Assembly (NCBI RefSeq): GCF_018977255.1
Contig: NW_024704753.1
Location: forward strand, 620,001-684,000
Reading direction: 5' to 3'
Length of the DNA: 64,000 nt
DNA from: Callorhinchus milii
Lineage: Eukaryota
How positions within the stretch are numbered: the stretch's first letter is position 1; each line of letters begins with the position of its first letter. The notes beneath the pieces were generated by a model. It had not been told where the DNA came from. It ran no database searches and saw nothing but the letters and a program-made list of their open reading frames with translations. Below are positions 24,367-36,547 of this stretch, piece by piece. Made by a program: the position numbers and the translations under genes.

Positions 24367-27300
24367 CTGTGAGGAGGAAAGAAATGTCAGGAAGAAGGTT
24401 TGTGATGACAACAACAACAACTTGCATTTACACAGCGCCTTGCACCCCGGGTGGCGTCCTGGAGCGCTTAGAGGACTGTAAACAGAAGTCACTGGGAACG
24501 CTCAGCAGGTCAGACAGCATCCATGGAGAGACAACGTTTTGGGTCCACAACCCTTCGTCAGAATGGTAGTTAGGGTTAGGGATAGGGATAGGGTTAGGGA
24601 TAGGGTTAGGGATAGGGTTAGGGCACTGGATCAAATGCAAGGTAATTCCGGTGAAGGGTCGTGGACCCGAAACGTTGGCTCTCCATGGATGCTGCCTGAC
24701 CTGCTGAGCGTTCCCAGCGACTTCTGTTTTTGTTTTCGTATTTCCAGCGTCTGCAGTATTTTGTGTTTTACTTTAGACAACTGTAATTCCCCTCTTCCCC
24801 CGGCTGCGAACCTTGTGTTCCCCCCATCCGCCCGCTCACCCACCCGCGTTCTGACCCCCACCCCTCCCCACCCCCCACCCGTGCAGTGATTGCTGGTGAG
24901 AGGCTCGAGCGCTGCTTCAATCTGGAAGTGTCGTTAAAAGGGACCTCAAGGGGAGAGAGGAATGTGAGGCTGCAATACCAGGGCGGGCCAGCGGGGGGCG
25001 CCGCTACCCTACCCCCAGCTCCAGCCTCTGTGTGACTAAGAGTAATAATCTTTGCATTTGTTCCAGTGCCTCAGCACAACATCGACAGACACCGCAAACC
25101 GCTTCACAGGATATACTGTAAAGGGAATTTACTGGATATTTTGTAGGCAAAACGGGGCAGCCAATCGCACACAGCAGTATCCCACAAACAGCCGTGGATT
25201 GAGTGACCGTGTTATTATTATTATTTTTTGGAGGGATTATTACCACCGGAAAGCGATCTGCCAATCGACTAACAAATGGTTTCCTCTTTATTGCTCGGTA
25301 AACAGAGGCGTGTGGAGTAAGGAACCTTGACTAAGGTTTCGCCCTGCCCAGGAATCGAACCCGGGTCCTCTCGCTAGCGAGGCGAGCCCTCTAACCAATA
25401 TGATACAGGACAGTAACCCTCCGTGTGTGTGTGTGTGAACCTACGCGTGTGTGTGAGACCCTCTGTGTGCGTGTGTGACCCTGTGTGCGTCTGTGTGTGT
25501 ATGACCCTCTGTGTGTGAGATACTCACTTGCCACGGTGTCCTGGTATGAGGGGGGCTGAGCAGAGTAAGGGGTGGGGTAAGGAGGGGGGTAAGGGGCCCC
25601 TGTGGGGTAAGGCATGGCGCCCGGCGGGGGCTGGGCGGGAGCGGGGGCATAGCCCTGGTACCCGCTGTACCCGTGGGGCGGTTGCTGTGGATAAGCCATT
25701 GGCTGCACTACAGTGGTGGTGGTGGAACTGGTCACAATGGCTGGAAGAGAAGCAGAGAATAACTGGTTAGTGGTCAAACTACCCCAAGCTCTCCTCGCTG
25801 ACCTATCTCCATCATGCTAACCACACGCTAACTAGCCTCACGTTAACCTGCCTCACTTACACTAAGCAGCGTCTAACAATAATAACAACACATTATATTT
25901 AAACGGCGCCTTTCATGTCGGGAGGACGTCCCAAGCCACTGGACAGTTAGGGATTTGGACCCGAGTGGAGGTTGGGATTGGGAGGGTGGAGGGCAGGGAG
26001 TGGGTTAGGATGGTAACCGAAGACACGGTCGAAGAGGAGGGTCTTGAGACGCGTCTTGAAGAGGCGAGGGAGGGGGCGAGGCGGAGGGACTGTGGGATGG
26101 AGTTCCAGAGATTGGGGGTGGAGCAGGCCGCCGCCTGCTGAGCAGAAGGAGCGGACAGGTCAATATGATCACAGAGGTAGGGAGGAGCAAGGCCGTGGAG
26201 GGCTCTGAAGGCGAGTAACCAGCGTGTAATGGGTGTGCCCTCTGCACAGAGCACAGAGAGCTGAGGGTATTAATGACAAGGCTGAAGTCTCCATGTGCAG
26301 ATGATTAGAGGGAGCCCAGGAGCCGCTGACTAGAGCGTCGCCTCTGCTCTGTGCCTCTGGCTGTGTATGAAACAGGAGGTTCTCAGTGTAATTACAGCAG
26401 GAAAGGATCGCCTATTTTTATCCCTCATCAGGAGCTAAAGGGCAGTGTCAGACCTGGTCACTGGCCTCACTCAGTCTCTGGGTTAGGAGGATAGCGGGTT
26501 CAAGCCCCTCCAAGGCAAGACGCAGAGTGCACAGGCCAGACCCACGCTCCAACACGGAGCTGGGGGTGGGAGCTGGGGGGAGGGGTGAGCGCCACATTTC
26601 CGGAGACGCCATCCTTCGGATGAGACTGTGCCCTGTTCAGGGTGTCCGGCTGGACGGTAAAGATCCCGCAGGGCTGTTGGGAACTGCTTGGTGTCCTGGC
26701 CAACAACCCTCCCCCCCACCACCCCAGACAGCAATCACCCTGTTCACTTCTTCACTTCACGGCTGTTTGTGGGGACATTGCTGTGAGCAAACTGCTGGTG
26801 CGACAGCCAACGAAACACACTACACTTGACAGCGACAGGGTGTGGAACACTGCAAGTGGCTTTGTGGTGACGGCCGGATGTGAAATGGCTTTTGATTGTC
26901 TACACTGACAGCAGTTGGCTGTCTGGGCTCCTCTCTCAGTGTCAGACTGAGCCGACAAAGAGCACCAGCCCCCCCCGCCCATCGTCTCACAATGTGGTTT
27001 GTGTCAATGCAAAGCCCCCCCACACCCACCTGCCCCCAAACACCCTCCCGCCACTCCCCCCTGACCTCACCCACACAACAGAGTAGCTGTTCTCTCGCTG
27101 TCTGCAGTGTTTCCTCCATATTCTACACAAACCTCAACATGGCTGAGCTTGTGAGCTCTGCTCAGCCTCACCTTCAATAATTATATTAACGGTCCTGGCG
27201 TTTGACCCGGCGCCTGATCACGCTGTTGAGACGTCTCAAAGCGCTTCACAGGATTTACTATAAAGTGTAGTGACTGTGTATTTCGTGGCAACACCAATTG

Positions 27301-28695
27301 GGTACAACAGTCGTGGATTGAGAGATCAAATTATTATTTGTGAGGATTATTGCCCCCGGAAAACACAGTCACTCCACTGTACAGTGTATTCTGTGAAGCG
27401 CTTTGACCCATCTCAATGACGTGATACAGCGCTGTGTGAAATGCAAGCATTATTATTACTATCTCTCCCTCGCCTCCCCCCCCCCCGGTCTCTCTCGCTC
27501 TCGCCTCCATGCAAGTCTCTCGCCATAAGGTGGGGGCGGTGGAGGACTCGTGCTAACTCAGACTCTGCCGCGGGGGGGGGGGGGGGCGAGAGGGGGGTCT
27601 TGTTGGCCGGGGGGGAGGGGGGGGTGTCACTCACGTTGCCGGCTCCGCCGTGCGATCTTGTAGAGGATGCAGCACGGGCAGCACAGACACAACACCACAG
27701 CTGTCACGAAGATCACAAAGAAGCTCACACCAATGGCCACGAAGGAGCTGAAACTGGAAGAGATCAAAGAGGTCACGGTGGGGAGGTTGTGTGGAACGGA
27801 GATCACTGTCGGGGGGGGGGAGGGGGGGAGAGAGGTCACCGTGGGGCAGAGAGAGAGGTCACTGTGGGGGGAGGTGACCGGACGGAGGTGGGGGGGGGTT
27901 TGGGGGAGAGGTCACGGGTGTTTGTGTGTCTAACACTGACTGTGTGGCGCTCAGCTCCCACCCTCTAACCCGTCGCTGGTTCTTCTTTAGAGAACATGTC
28001 TACTTTGGGCGTTTCCCAGCTGTGCCGAGCCTCAGGGGGGGAGTTTGAAGCCGGAGAACTTTTGAAGTGTAATGTGTGCACTTAGTTAATCAAGAACCAG
28101 AAATCTGTGAGCGTATATGTTTGCGTGTCTGTGTGTAAGAGTGTATGTGTGTTTGCGTGCGTGTGTTTGAGTGCATGTGTGGGGAGGCACTCTTTCCCAG
28201 GATTAAAGCATGTCACGTGACGATCTTCCACGCCATCCTTTGCCCGAGTAGACAATGAACAGACGACCCCTCCCCACCCGAACACACACACACCCTCCCC
28301 CCACTGAGAGTTTCCCAATAACTCAGTTAACGCAAATATTGAACAAACACACAGACACACGCACGCACGCACACACAGACAGAGACACAAGACAGAGACA
28401 CACACACGCACAGAGACACACACACAGAGACACACACAGAGAGACACAAGACAGAGACACAGAGACAGAGACACACACACACAGAGACACAAGACAGAGA
28501 CACAAGACAAACGAGACACACACACACACACACAGACACACACACAGAGACAGTAGCCTGTGGGTCCATGTTTACTGCTGACAGACACAGGGCTCGGCAC
28601 AGTGTGAGCTGTGTAACCACCTGGTCACTAAGTGGCAGCTCCCCTGGGGGGGGGTGAGCAGCAGCAGAGAGGGTAACAGCTTACCCGTCACTCAT
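24185..28695 (-). CDS. SHISA5: Protein shisa-5 (scotin), short form; complement join(28685-28695,27635-27753,25528-25740,24185-24366)
   Basis: TM followed by [12 protein letters not shown], then [12 protein letters not shown]...YQGY...YPPPYP...PPSYQDTVA and terminal YNPAY, all characteristic of SHISA5; GT-AG introns in phase. The first mini-exon (MSDG) is the least certain part. Confidence 0.85.
24480..24770. mobile_element. Penelope-like inverted-repeat (pLTR) remnant with hammerhead-like cores, enclosing telomeric repeats
   Basis: 85-nt inverted arms 24480-24564 and 24645-24729 (8 mismatches); each inner end carries a degenerate CTGANGA-stem-GAAAC motif. Confidence 0.7.
25528..25740 (-). 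CDS. SHISA5: SHISA5 proline-rich exon
   Basis: ttctcttccag acceptor; gtgagt donor; 213 nt, phase 1 to 1; PPPY and PPSY motifs. Confidence 0.92.
27635..27753 (-). CDS. SHISA5: SHISA5 TM/Cys exon
   Basis: ctcttccag acceptor; gtgagt donor; 119 nt. Confidence 0.9.
28685..28695 (-). CDS. SHISA5: SHISA5 putative first coding mini-exon (ATG AGT GAC GG)
   Basis: aggATGA followed by gg|gtaagc donor; phase 2 matches the TM exon, giving [12 protein letters not shown]. Confidence 0.55.
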
Positions 28696-30777
28696 CCTGA
28701 GTCCAAGGCACCGACCGACCGACCGACCAGAGCTTTGTAGATCTTACACTAAACTCTCAGCTCCAGCCATCGCCCACACAAAACCCACCCCCAGCACTCA
28801 GCCAGGGACTGCTCACAGCCCTGCTCCGCACCACACAGCCCCTCACAAGCACAAACACACCAGCGAGCACTCCCCCCGGTACGTACACAGCCCAGTGATT
28901 GTGCTGCCTGTGGGTAGCGCCGGGGTTAAAGCCTGCCGTTCAGGCTTGTCAGTGCTTGTGACGGGCTGGAGCCAACGCCTGTTCCTGTGTGAGAGCTCTG
29001 GGCGATTGCCAGTTCCAGACACTCACTTCCTCCCCGGCTCGTGTTTATATCAATGAGGAGAGGAAGTTACACACACAGCTTCATACCTCCTCCACCCCCA
29101 CCCCACGTCACTGAGTCTGACACAGACACGATGAGGAGCGAGAGAGCAGGGAATGGGGTGAGAGTAGAGAGCTCCAGTGGGGGAAGCGAACACCAGCACA
29201 GACACGATGGGGAGAGAGAGAGAGAGAGCAGGGAATGGGGTTAGAGTAGAGAGCTCCAGTGGGGGAAGCGAGCCCCAACACAGACACGATGGGGAGAGAG
29301 AGAGAGCAGGGAGTGGGGTTAGAGTAGAGAGCTCCAGTGGGGGAGCGAGCCCCAGCACAGACACGATGGGGAAAGAGAGAGAGTGGGGTTAGAGTAGAGA
29401 GCTCCAGTGGGGGAGTGAGCCCCAGCACAGACACGATGGGGAGAGAGAGAGCAGGGAATGGGAAGGGCAGGGAAAGGGGACTGAAATAATTGGTCTTGAG
29501 AGGGCGGCGCAGACATGATGGTCCAAAGGCTGTGCTGTTCATTTCCATGTTTCCAACCAAAACCCTACTTCCTTCTTAACGTCCCGTTCCTTCCTGTTTA
29601 TGGTAATAAAGTCTCGGGGCAACGGGGAGCTGGCAGTGTTAGCAGACCCCAGGTCAAGCCTGGTCACTTTCCCTCTGACTGATCCATTGTGAGTGGCTGG
29701 TAAATGGATAGAGGAAGGAGCAGGAGGTGGTGGGGTGGCTGTGGGGAAGCGCTAAGCTACATCAAGATGGTCACGGACACCAGAATATGCCAGGCCTGGC
29801 CCAGCACAGGGAAACCCTGAGAGATGCCATCTCACACCTCACTCACACAGCAATGTGAGCCCGCTCTCCAGTCAGTGTCAGGGTGGCGCCATGCCCTGTG
29901 CCCTGGCTCCGTGCTGGGGCTGGTGCTGTGGGGGGTGGTGTGGGGGGGGTGGGGCTCAGTCTGCTTCTCCCTCCAGTCACAAAGGGTGGGGAGAGGCGCT
30001 AGCCAGGCCCGCTGCAAACACACAGCCCCCACTCCCACCCCAAACCCATGCCAGTCACTCACTCGGGCTCCAAACCAGAGTGGTAAACATCAGCTAAGGT
30101 TCCCCTCATGAGTGTGAGTGTGTGTGTGCATGTGTTTGTGGGGGCGGGTCAGTGCGTGTGTGTGTGTGCATGTGTTTGGGGGCACACACCCCACCCTACA
30201 ATATTTGAATAGTTGATTTACAACTAGACTTCCTTTACTGATTAAGTACATTCCCTTCTCAGATCAAGCAGCACATGAATGCCATTCTCCGAACATTGTG
30301 TTCTGATGAAAATATTACTTTGCCACAAAAGGGGAAGAGATAACTCCCTCCCCCCCCCGCAGCTCAGAACACAACACACAGAAGACACAAGGTGTGGTCA
30401 ATTCTGCTTAAAAACTACACTGCTAAGAACACTACAATTTAGAACCAAATAAATAAACAAAACGAGGGCAGATGAAGCACACACACGCACGCACGCACAC
30501 ACAATCTTCTTTTATGAGCAAGACCTTCACAATCGTTTGATGACGTGGGACACAGTCAAACAAGGAAGAACCTTTGGAAGCCGAATGGAACCGGAGAAAG
30601 ATTAAGAACACGTAATCATGAACTCAGGGCACATCATTGGAAGACTCGGGAGAAAAGTTACTGTACAAGAAACAGATCCTGAAATGTTTGGTCACAAGTG
30701 GCTTTTGAAGTCAGGAGCAGAGCTTTTCAGAGGGAATGGAGCAAGTCTGGTACAGAGGGAGTGCAGGGAACCCCATT

Positions 30778-31573
30778 GGGGTGGGGGGGGAGCACAGGGG
30801 TGGGGGGAGCACAGGGGGGGAGCACAGGGGTGGGGGAGCACAGGGGGGGAGCACAGGGGGGAGCACAGGGGTGGGGGGGAGCACAGGGGGGGAGCACAGG
30901 GGGGGAGAACAGGGGTGGGGGGGGAGCACAGGGGTGGGGGAGCACAGGGGTGGGGGGAGCACAGGGGTGGGGGGGAGCACAGGGGTGGGGGGAGCACAGG
31001 GGTGGGGGGAGCACAGGGGTGGGGGGAGCACAGGGGTGGGGGGGGCACAGGGGGGGGGGGGGGGGGGGGAGCACAGGGGGGGGGGGAGCACAGGGGGGGG
31101 GGGGAGCAGGGGGGGGGGGGAAGCACAGGGGGGGGGGGGACAGGGGGGGGGGGAGCACAGGGGGGGGGGGAGCACAGGGGGGGGGGGAGCACAGGGGGGG
31201 GGGGAAGCACAGGGGGGGGGGAGCACAGGGGTGGGGGGAGCACAGGGGGGGGAGCACAGGGGGGGGGAGCACAGGGGGGGGGAGCACAGGGGGGGGGAGC
31301 ACAGGGGGGGGAGCACAGGGGGGGGGGAGCACAGGGGGGGGGGAGCACAGGGGGGGGGGAGAAGCACAGGGGGGGGAGCACAGGGGGGGGGAGCACAGGG
31401 GGGGGGGAGCACAGGGGGGGGGAGCACAGGGGGGGGGGAGCACAGGGGGGGGGGAGCACAGGGGGGGGGAGCACAGGGGGGGGGAGCACAGGGGGGGGGG
31501 AGCACAGGGGGGGGGAGCACAGGGGGGGGGAGCAAGGGGGGGGAGCACAGGGGGGGGAGCACAGGGGGGGGGA
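30778..31573 (+). repeat. G-rich minisatellite (Gn-AGCACA-Gn) abutting an assembly gap at 31574-31598
   Basis: gagcaca cores separated by long G runs. Confidence 0.92.
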
Positions 31574-34056
31574 NNNNNNNNNNNNNNNNNNNNNNNNNTG
31601 TGTTGTAGAGGTTGTTAGGGGGGTATATGGGTGGGGGAGTGTGGAGAGGTTGTTGGGTGTATGGGTGGGGGGTGTATGGGTGGGGGGAGTGTGAGAGGTT
31701 GTTGGGGGTGTTGGGTGGGGAGTGTGTAGAGGGTTGTTAGGGGGGTATATGGGTGGAGTGTGGAGAGGTTGTTGGGTGTATGGGTGGGGGGAGTGTGGAG
31801 AGGTTGTTGGGTATATGGGTGGGGGAGTGTGGAGAGGTTGTTAGGGGGGTGTATGGGTAGGGGGAGTGTGGGTGGGGGGAGTGTGGAGAGGTTGTTAGGG
31901 GGGTGTATTGAGGGTGGGTTTGAGGGGGAGCCAAGGAGGGACTGAGGAGGGGTGGGGTTGGTGAGGGGGGACGAGGAGGGACTGAGGAGGGGGTGGGGGT
32001 GGTGAGGGGGGGCGAGGAGGGGGTGGGGGTGGTGAGGGGGGGCGAGGAGTGGGGTCGGGGGCCAAGGATCTCTGGGGCCACTCTAGACCCGGGATGACAA
32101 CCTGTCGGATGCCTTGTGATGTGTGTCCCTGACATCAGATTTGTTGTTGTGACTGTTCTACACGTGTGTAACACGGATGCACGAAACACACGAGTCGGCC
32201 GGGCCAACGCCCCAGCGCAGTGAGTGCTGGGGGGGGAGAGAGCGGCGCATTGTCGGAGACCCCACCCTTCAAAATGAGAGGTTAACCGCCCCTCCCGGTC
32301 TGCGCTCTGCTCAGCCAGACTGTGATTAATGTCTGGGCGACCCTATTGTAAAAGGGATGGGAGTCTCTGGCTCTCTGTGCGCCTCTGGCCGCAGACCGGT
32401 CACTCACTGCTACACCTCACTGTGTGCAAATTGGCTGCTGCCGCTCGCCAAAGCCAAACCAGTCACTACAGCCACCCGTGAGGCACTGCCAGGGATATTA
32501 TTACTGTGTTAGTGACCCCCATATCGTGGTGGACAGAGCGCTCGTCTCGCAAACGGGTTTGATTCCCGGGCAGGGTGAAACATCGGGCAAGTTTCCTTAT
32601 TCCACACCCCCTCTGTTTACCTATAAGTAAGTTGGGAACCCAGTTGTTAAGTCGATTGGCGGATTGCTTTTCTGGGGGTAATAATCACTTCAAAAAAAAA
32701 TTGGTCACTTCAATCCGACTGTTTGTGGGACGATGCTGTGTGCAATTGGCTGCCGAGTTTCGCCCACAAATACACAGTCAATTCACTTTACAGTGTAATT
32801 GGGGAAGCGCTTTGAGATGTCTGGAAGACGTGATAAGGCTCTGTATCAAGGTTTGAGGCTCTGGCCAGACCTGCCCTAACAGTGTGTGGATAGTGAGAGC
32901 CTCAGGGAGATGGGGACCGCAGACTTGCCCGGGAGGTGAGGCTAAAGGAATCCGTGCCTTTTGATGAGGTCAAATGTCTCAAAAAGTGCTTCAAGTGGAA
33001 TATCTGTGAATGTGTGATTTGTGAGTGAACCCGGCAATCCAGTAATAATCTCTCAAGAAAAAAACAATGATAATTTGGTCACTTCAATCCACGGCTGTTT
33101 GTGGGGACGCTGCTGTGCGCCATTGGCTGCCACGTTTCACCTACAAAATACAACAGTCAATTCACTTTACAGTATATCCTGTGAAGAGCTTTGAGACTTT
33201 TGGGTATGTGATAAGACTCTGTATCAAATGCAATGATCATTATTATATAATTTCCCACAAACAAACAGCTGTGAAATGACAGATCAGTTTAATCTGGGTA
33301 ATTGTCAGCCAGATACCTTCCCTTTTCTAACAGCACCACAGGATCTTTAATGTCCCGCTGGACAGGCAGAAGGGGAGCAAGGTTTAATGTCTCATCCAAT
33401 ATTGTCGTTGCTCTCTTCCCCCCCCCCAGTACTGGAGCCTCAGCCGAGACTGTGAGCTTAAATTCCCTGATGCGGGGACTCGAAGCCTCCTGACTCAGAG
33501 GCCAGAGCATGATCGAGTGAGTCAGTCTGAAACCCTAATTATGTAAACGGGAAGGATTTATTTCTATTTGTCGGTCGGGAGAGGTCTTCAATTTAAGTTC
33601 ATCACAAGGGAACACGGGGAGAGTTAGAAAACTTTCAGCCACTTGCCCAGCGAAGTGAAGTGAAGTGAAGGGCCTATTTGGGGCAGGAATGTGCTGAGTG
33701 CACGGCAGGTGAAAGCTTGCCATGGATTCACTCCCAGTCTCCCGGCAGGAATCAGGAATGTGTTCGTGTAGAGACAGCAAACAGTGCCAAAAGCTCCCAG
33801 TACAGGGGCAGGGGGAGGGGATGGTTAGGGAGGGTTGGGGGTGGGTGGGGGGAGCGAATGTGATGGAGCGTTGGGAGCAGCACTCGTGTCTGGGCCAAGC
33901 GCTCTGAGACGCTAGCCCGTGTGAAGGCCGTTATATCAGTGCAAGTCTCTACACAAACACATTCTTCACAAATACAAGTTGTTGTTGCTCGCGCTTTCTC
34001 CATCTCTCTCCCTTCCTGTCTCCCTCTCACACTCTCGCTCTGTGCTGCAGTTTCAG

Positions 34057-34120
34057 GTTCCCATCTATGTAACGGTGTGTACACGGATGACGATGATCTC
34101 TGCCTGGACGACATCAATCA
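34057..34120 (+). other. ALAS1: Putative ALAS1 5'UTR exon
   Basis: Long pyrimidine tract plus tttcag acceptor and ca|gtgagt donor 2.2 kb upstream of the ATG exon; could instead be the 3' part of a first exon starting near a TATA-like ttatat at about 33931. Confidence 0.5.
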
Positions 34121-36351
34121 GTGAGTGTTCGATTTCACACCTCAACCTGGCGCTTGGCATTCACAGCTCGGCACCCCCCACCCCGCACGCACACACACAC
34201 TGATGCCCCTGCGTACACACACTCTTGATTGTGATGATGCCTCCTGTTGCCCAGCCCACATTAGCACTGCTCAATCTTGTAATTTGTTGAGTGGTTTTGA
34301 GTGCTTCACACTCGCCCCTGTGGTGGTCTTCTGTGTTAGGGGCAAGAAGGGAAATAGGCAATCAACTCTTTCAGTAGAAGAAGTAAGTTGTTGAAGAATC
34401 CATCTTAAATGTTGCTGTGTTGGATTATTTATTGACTACTTTAAGTACAGTACTTGAAATGTCTCATCCATACTTGGGTTTACACTGATCGTCTGTACTA
34501 GGGCCAGTGCATGGAGTTTGTTCATGTTAAGGATCTTAATTACCTTTTGGTTTAAAATTGAGCATCAGTGAGTTGCGATGTAGCTTGTGTGGTTTTAAAC
34601 CAGTCAACTCTTACTAGTGGGTGAGCGGTGTGCACTGCATTGTAGAACTCAACCTAATAAATATGAACTTGTGATCTGGTAAGATAGCATCCATAAGTGT
34701 TTCAGGTAATGCCCACTGTTAAAGGTTGCCATAATCTGAAGACATTTTAAATGGGAGAGGCAGGTGAGGAGAGAACACTGGTGTATGCACTGTACTTTAG
34801 ACCCATGTGTAAACCAAGCCTATAAACTGCTATAAATACAAGTCTCCGTACATATTCTAATGTGAAACCTACCTCCAAAGATCTGGGTGCAGTTTTGATC
34901 TTCAATCAAAATAGCTTGTGATATAAATAACACTGCTCCCTCCCCTGCCAGGCATTGTTTTGATGCTAAATGTGTAGCTCTGTGAATACAGGGTTGGCAT
35001 TGCTGTACAGGCACGTTGCTTGCAAACACTTATAACTTTGGTGAATGTCCACGTGAAGTGGTAAGGTGATAACTTTACTTGCTAGGTTGTTGGGGTAAAT
35101 CTTCAAGAGAGGTTTTGTTTGTTGTTTAGTAGTTGCAGACTTTGCCAGCTTGTTTTTCCAATTGTAATCTTGCAGGTGCTAGTGATGGTGTGAGTTGAGT
35201 TTGTTTGAGGGCAATGGGACTACATGGAGAGCTCTTTCAGAAAGCTGTCACTGACACGATGTGCTGAGTAGCCTCCTTCTGTGCTGTAGTATTCTCTGAT
35301 TTTGAGCGTCATTGTGACTGGATATTTCTAGCCGTCTAATTCCGTCAGCATCACTGAGCTGCTTCAGCATCGCCCCTCCACTCCCATTGTCTCAATACAT
35401 GAGGAACTGATTGAGATGTCTAAACCAGATGCCCACACTCGGGGTTTCATTTGGAGCATCTGACCCTGTAGCCATTTCAGGCTAACGGCCGCTCTGGAGT
35501 GTACACGCTTAAACCTGTGCATTTCTTGTTTTTGTGAGAACCTTACCTAGTGTAAAGTAGCATGAACCTGTTGAGGTGTGGGTTTGCCGTTCAGTTTCTG
35601 AGATGCCAGTGGAACAGTGTCTTCAAGTATGTTTATATTTGAGCGATTGAGAATGTTTGTTTCTGTTTCACCGTGTAAACTACATTGGCTTCTGTGTTGA
35701 CTGGCACCGTTCTTAAAACCACTTTGAGGTAAAGCCAATTTGGTGTACAAGTATGCTTTTAGCTTTGGAGAGAATGAAATTATTTTTCCGTTTACCTAGG
35801 TAAGCCTTTAGTTTAAGGAAATTATTCATTTTTAATTTAGTGCCTGGTGCTGATGTAGACCCTCTCTGCTCTGACCCAGCTAGGCTATCGTTGTGTTACT
35901 GTGACATTGTTTATGATGCATTTTTTAAACTGAACTGTAATCATTGAGATTCCTGATCTAGTGACATTGAGATTCCCCATCTCTAGTGCAATGAATATCG
36001 TAGTCAAGATATTGGAAGGAAACTTTGATTGATGTAGGAGGTTTTAATACAGAAGAAAGGAAGTAAACTGATTGCTGGTGTTAGAGGGATGAGATATAAG
36101 GAAAGATTAGATAAGCTTCAGCCTCAAAGCAGTGGCCTCGGAGACCACCTGAGAGGTATATATACAAGATGTTAAATGGCATCAAGAAAGCATTAAGCGT
36201 CTAGGTTTTCTTTTCCATAAGTAATCTCCTGTGCAATGTGTGTATTCCCACTTCGGAACAGCTGGAAACGTTAGTTAAGTGAGTGTTGGAAGTATTTACC
36301 TGGGAGGCTTTGCTCTGAAAAGTTTAATTTTTTTGCAGATTGAGAACCACG

Positions 36352-36547
36352 ATGGAGACTGTTGTTTGGCGTTGCCCGTTCCTGTCCCGTGTCTCACAGA
36401 ACTTTCTCCAGAAAGCGGGCAAATCCCTGATCTACTATGCTCAGCGCTGCCCCGTCATGATGGAGTCAGCAAGCAAGCTGGCAATGCGTAACGTCACCAC
36501 CTCTGCTGCTCACCACCAGACCAAGGAGACCACACCAGTGACTGAGA
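36352..36547 (+). CDS. ALAS1: ALAS1 coding exon 1
   Basis: Acceptor at 36338, ATG 36352, donor gtaagg. Confidence 0.96.

Noticed and set aside
30618-31694. Gly-rich and Pro-rich ORFs of 265-358 aa
   Set aside because: Translations of a G-run minisatellite, crossing an N gap.
33930-34130. Iron-responsive element or ALAS2 identity
   Set aside because: The CAGTG motifs at about 33937 and 34119 lack a pairing 5-bp stem with a bulged C; the protein termini are ALAS1-type.
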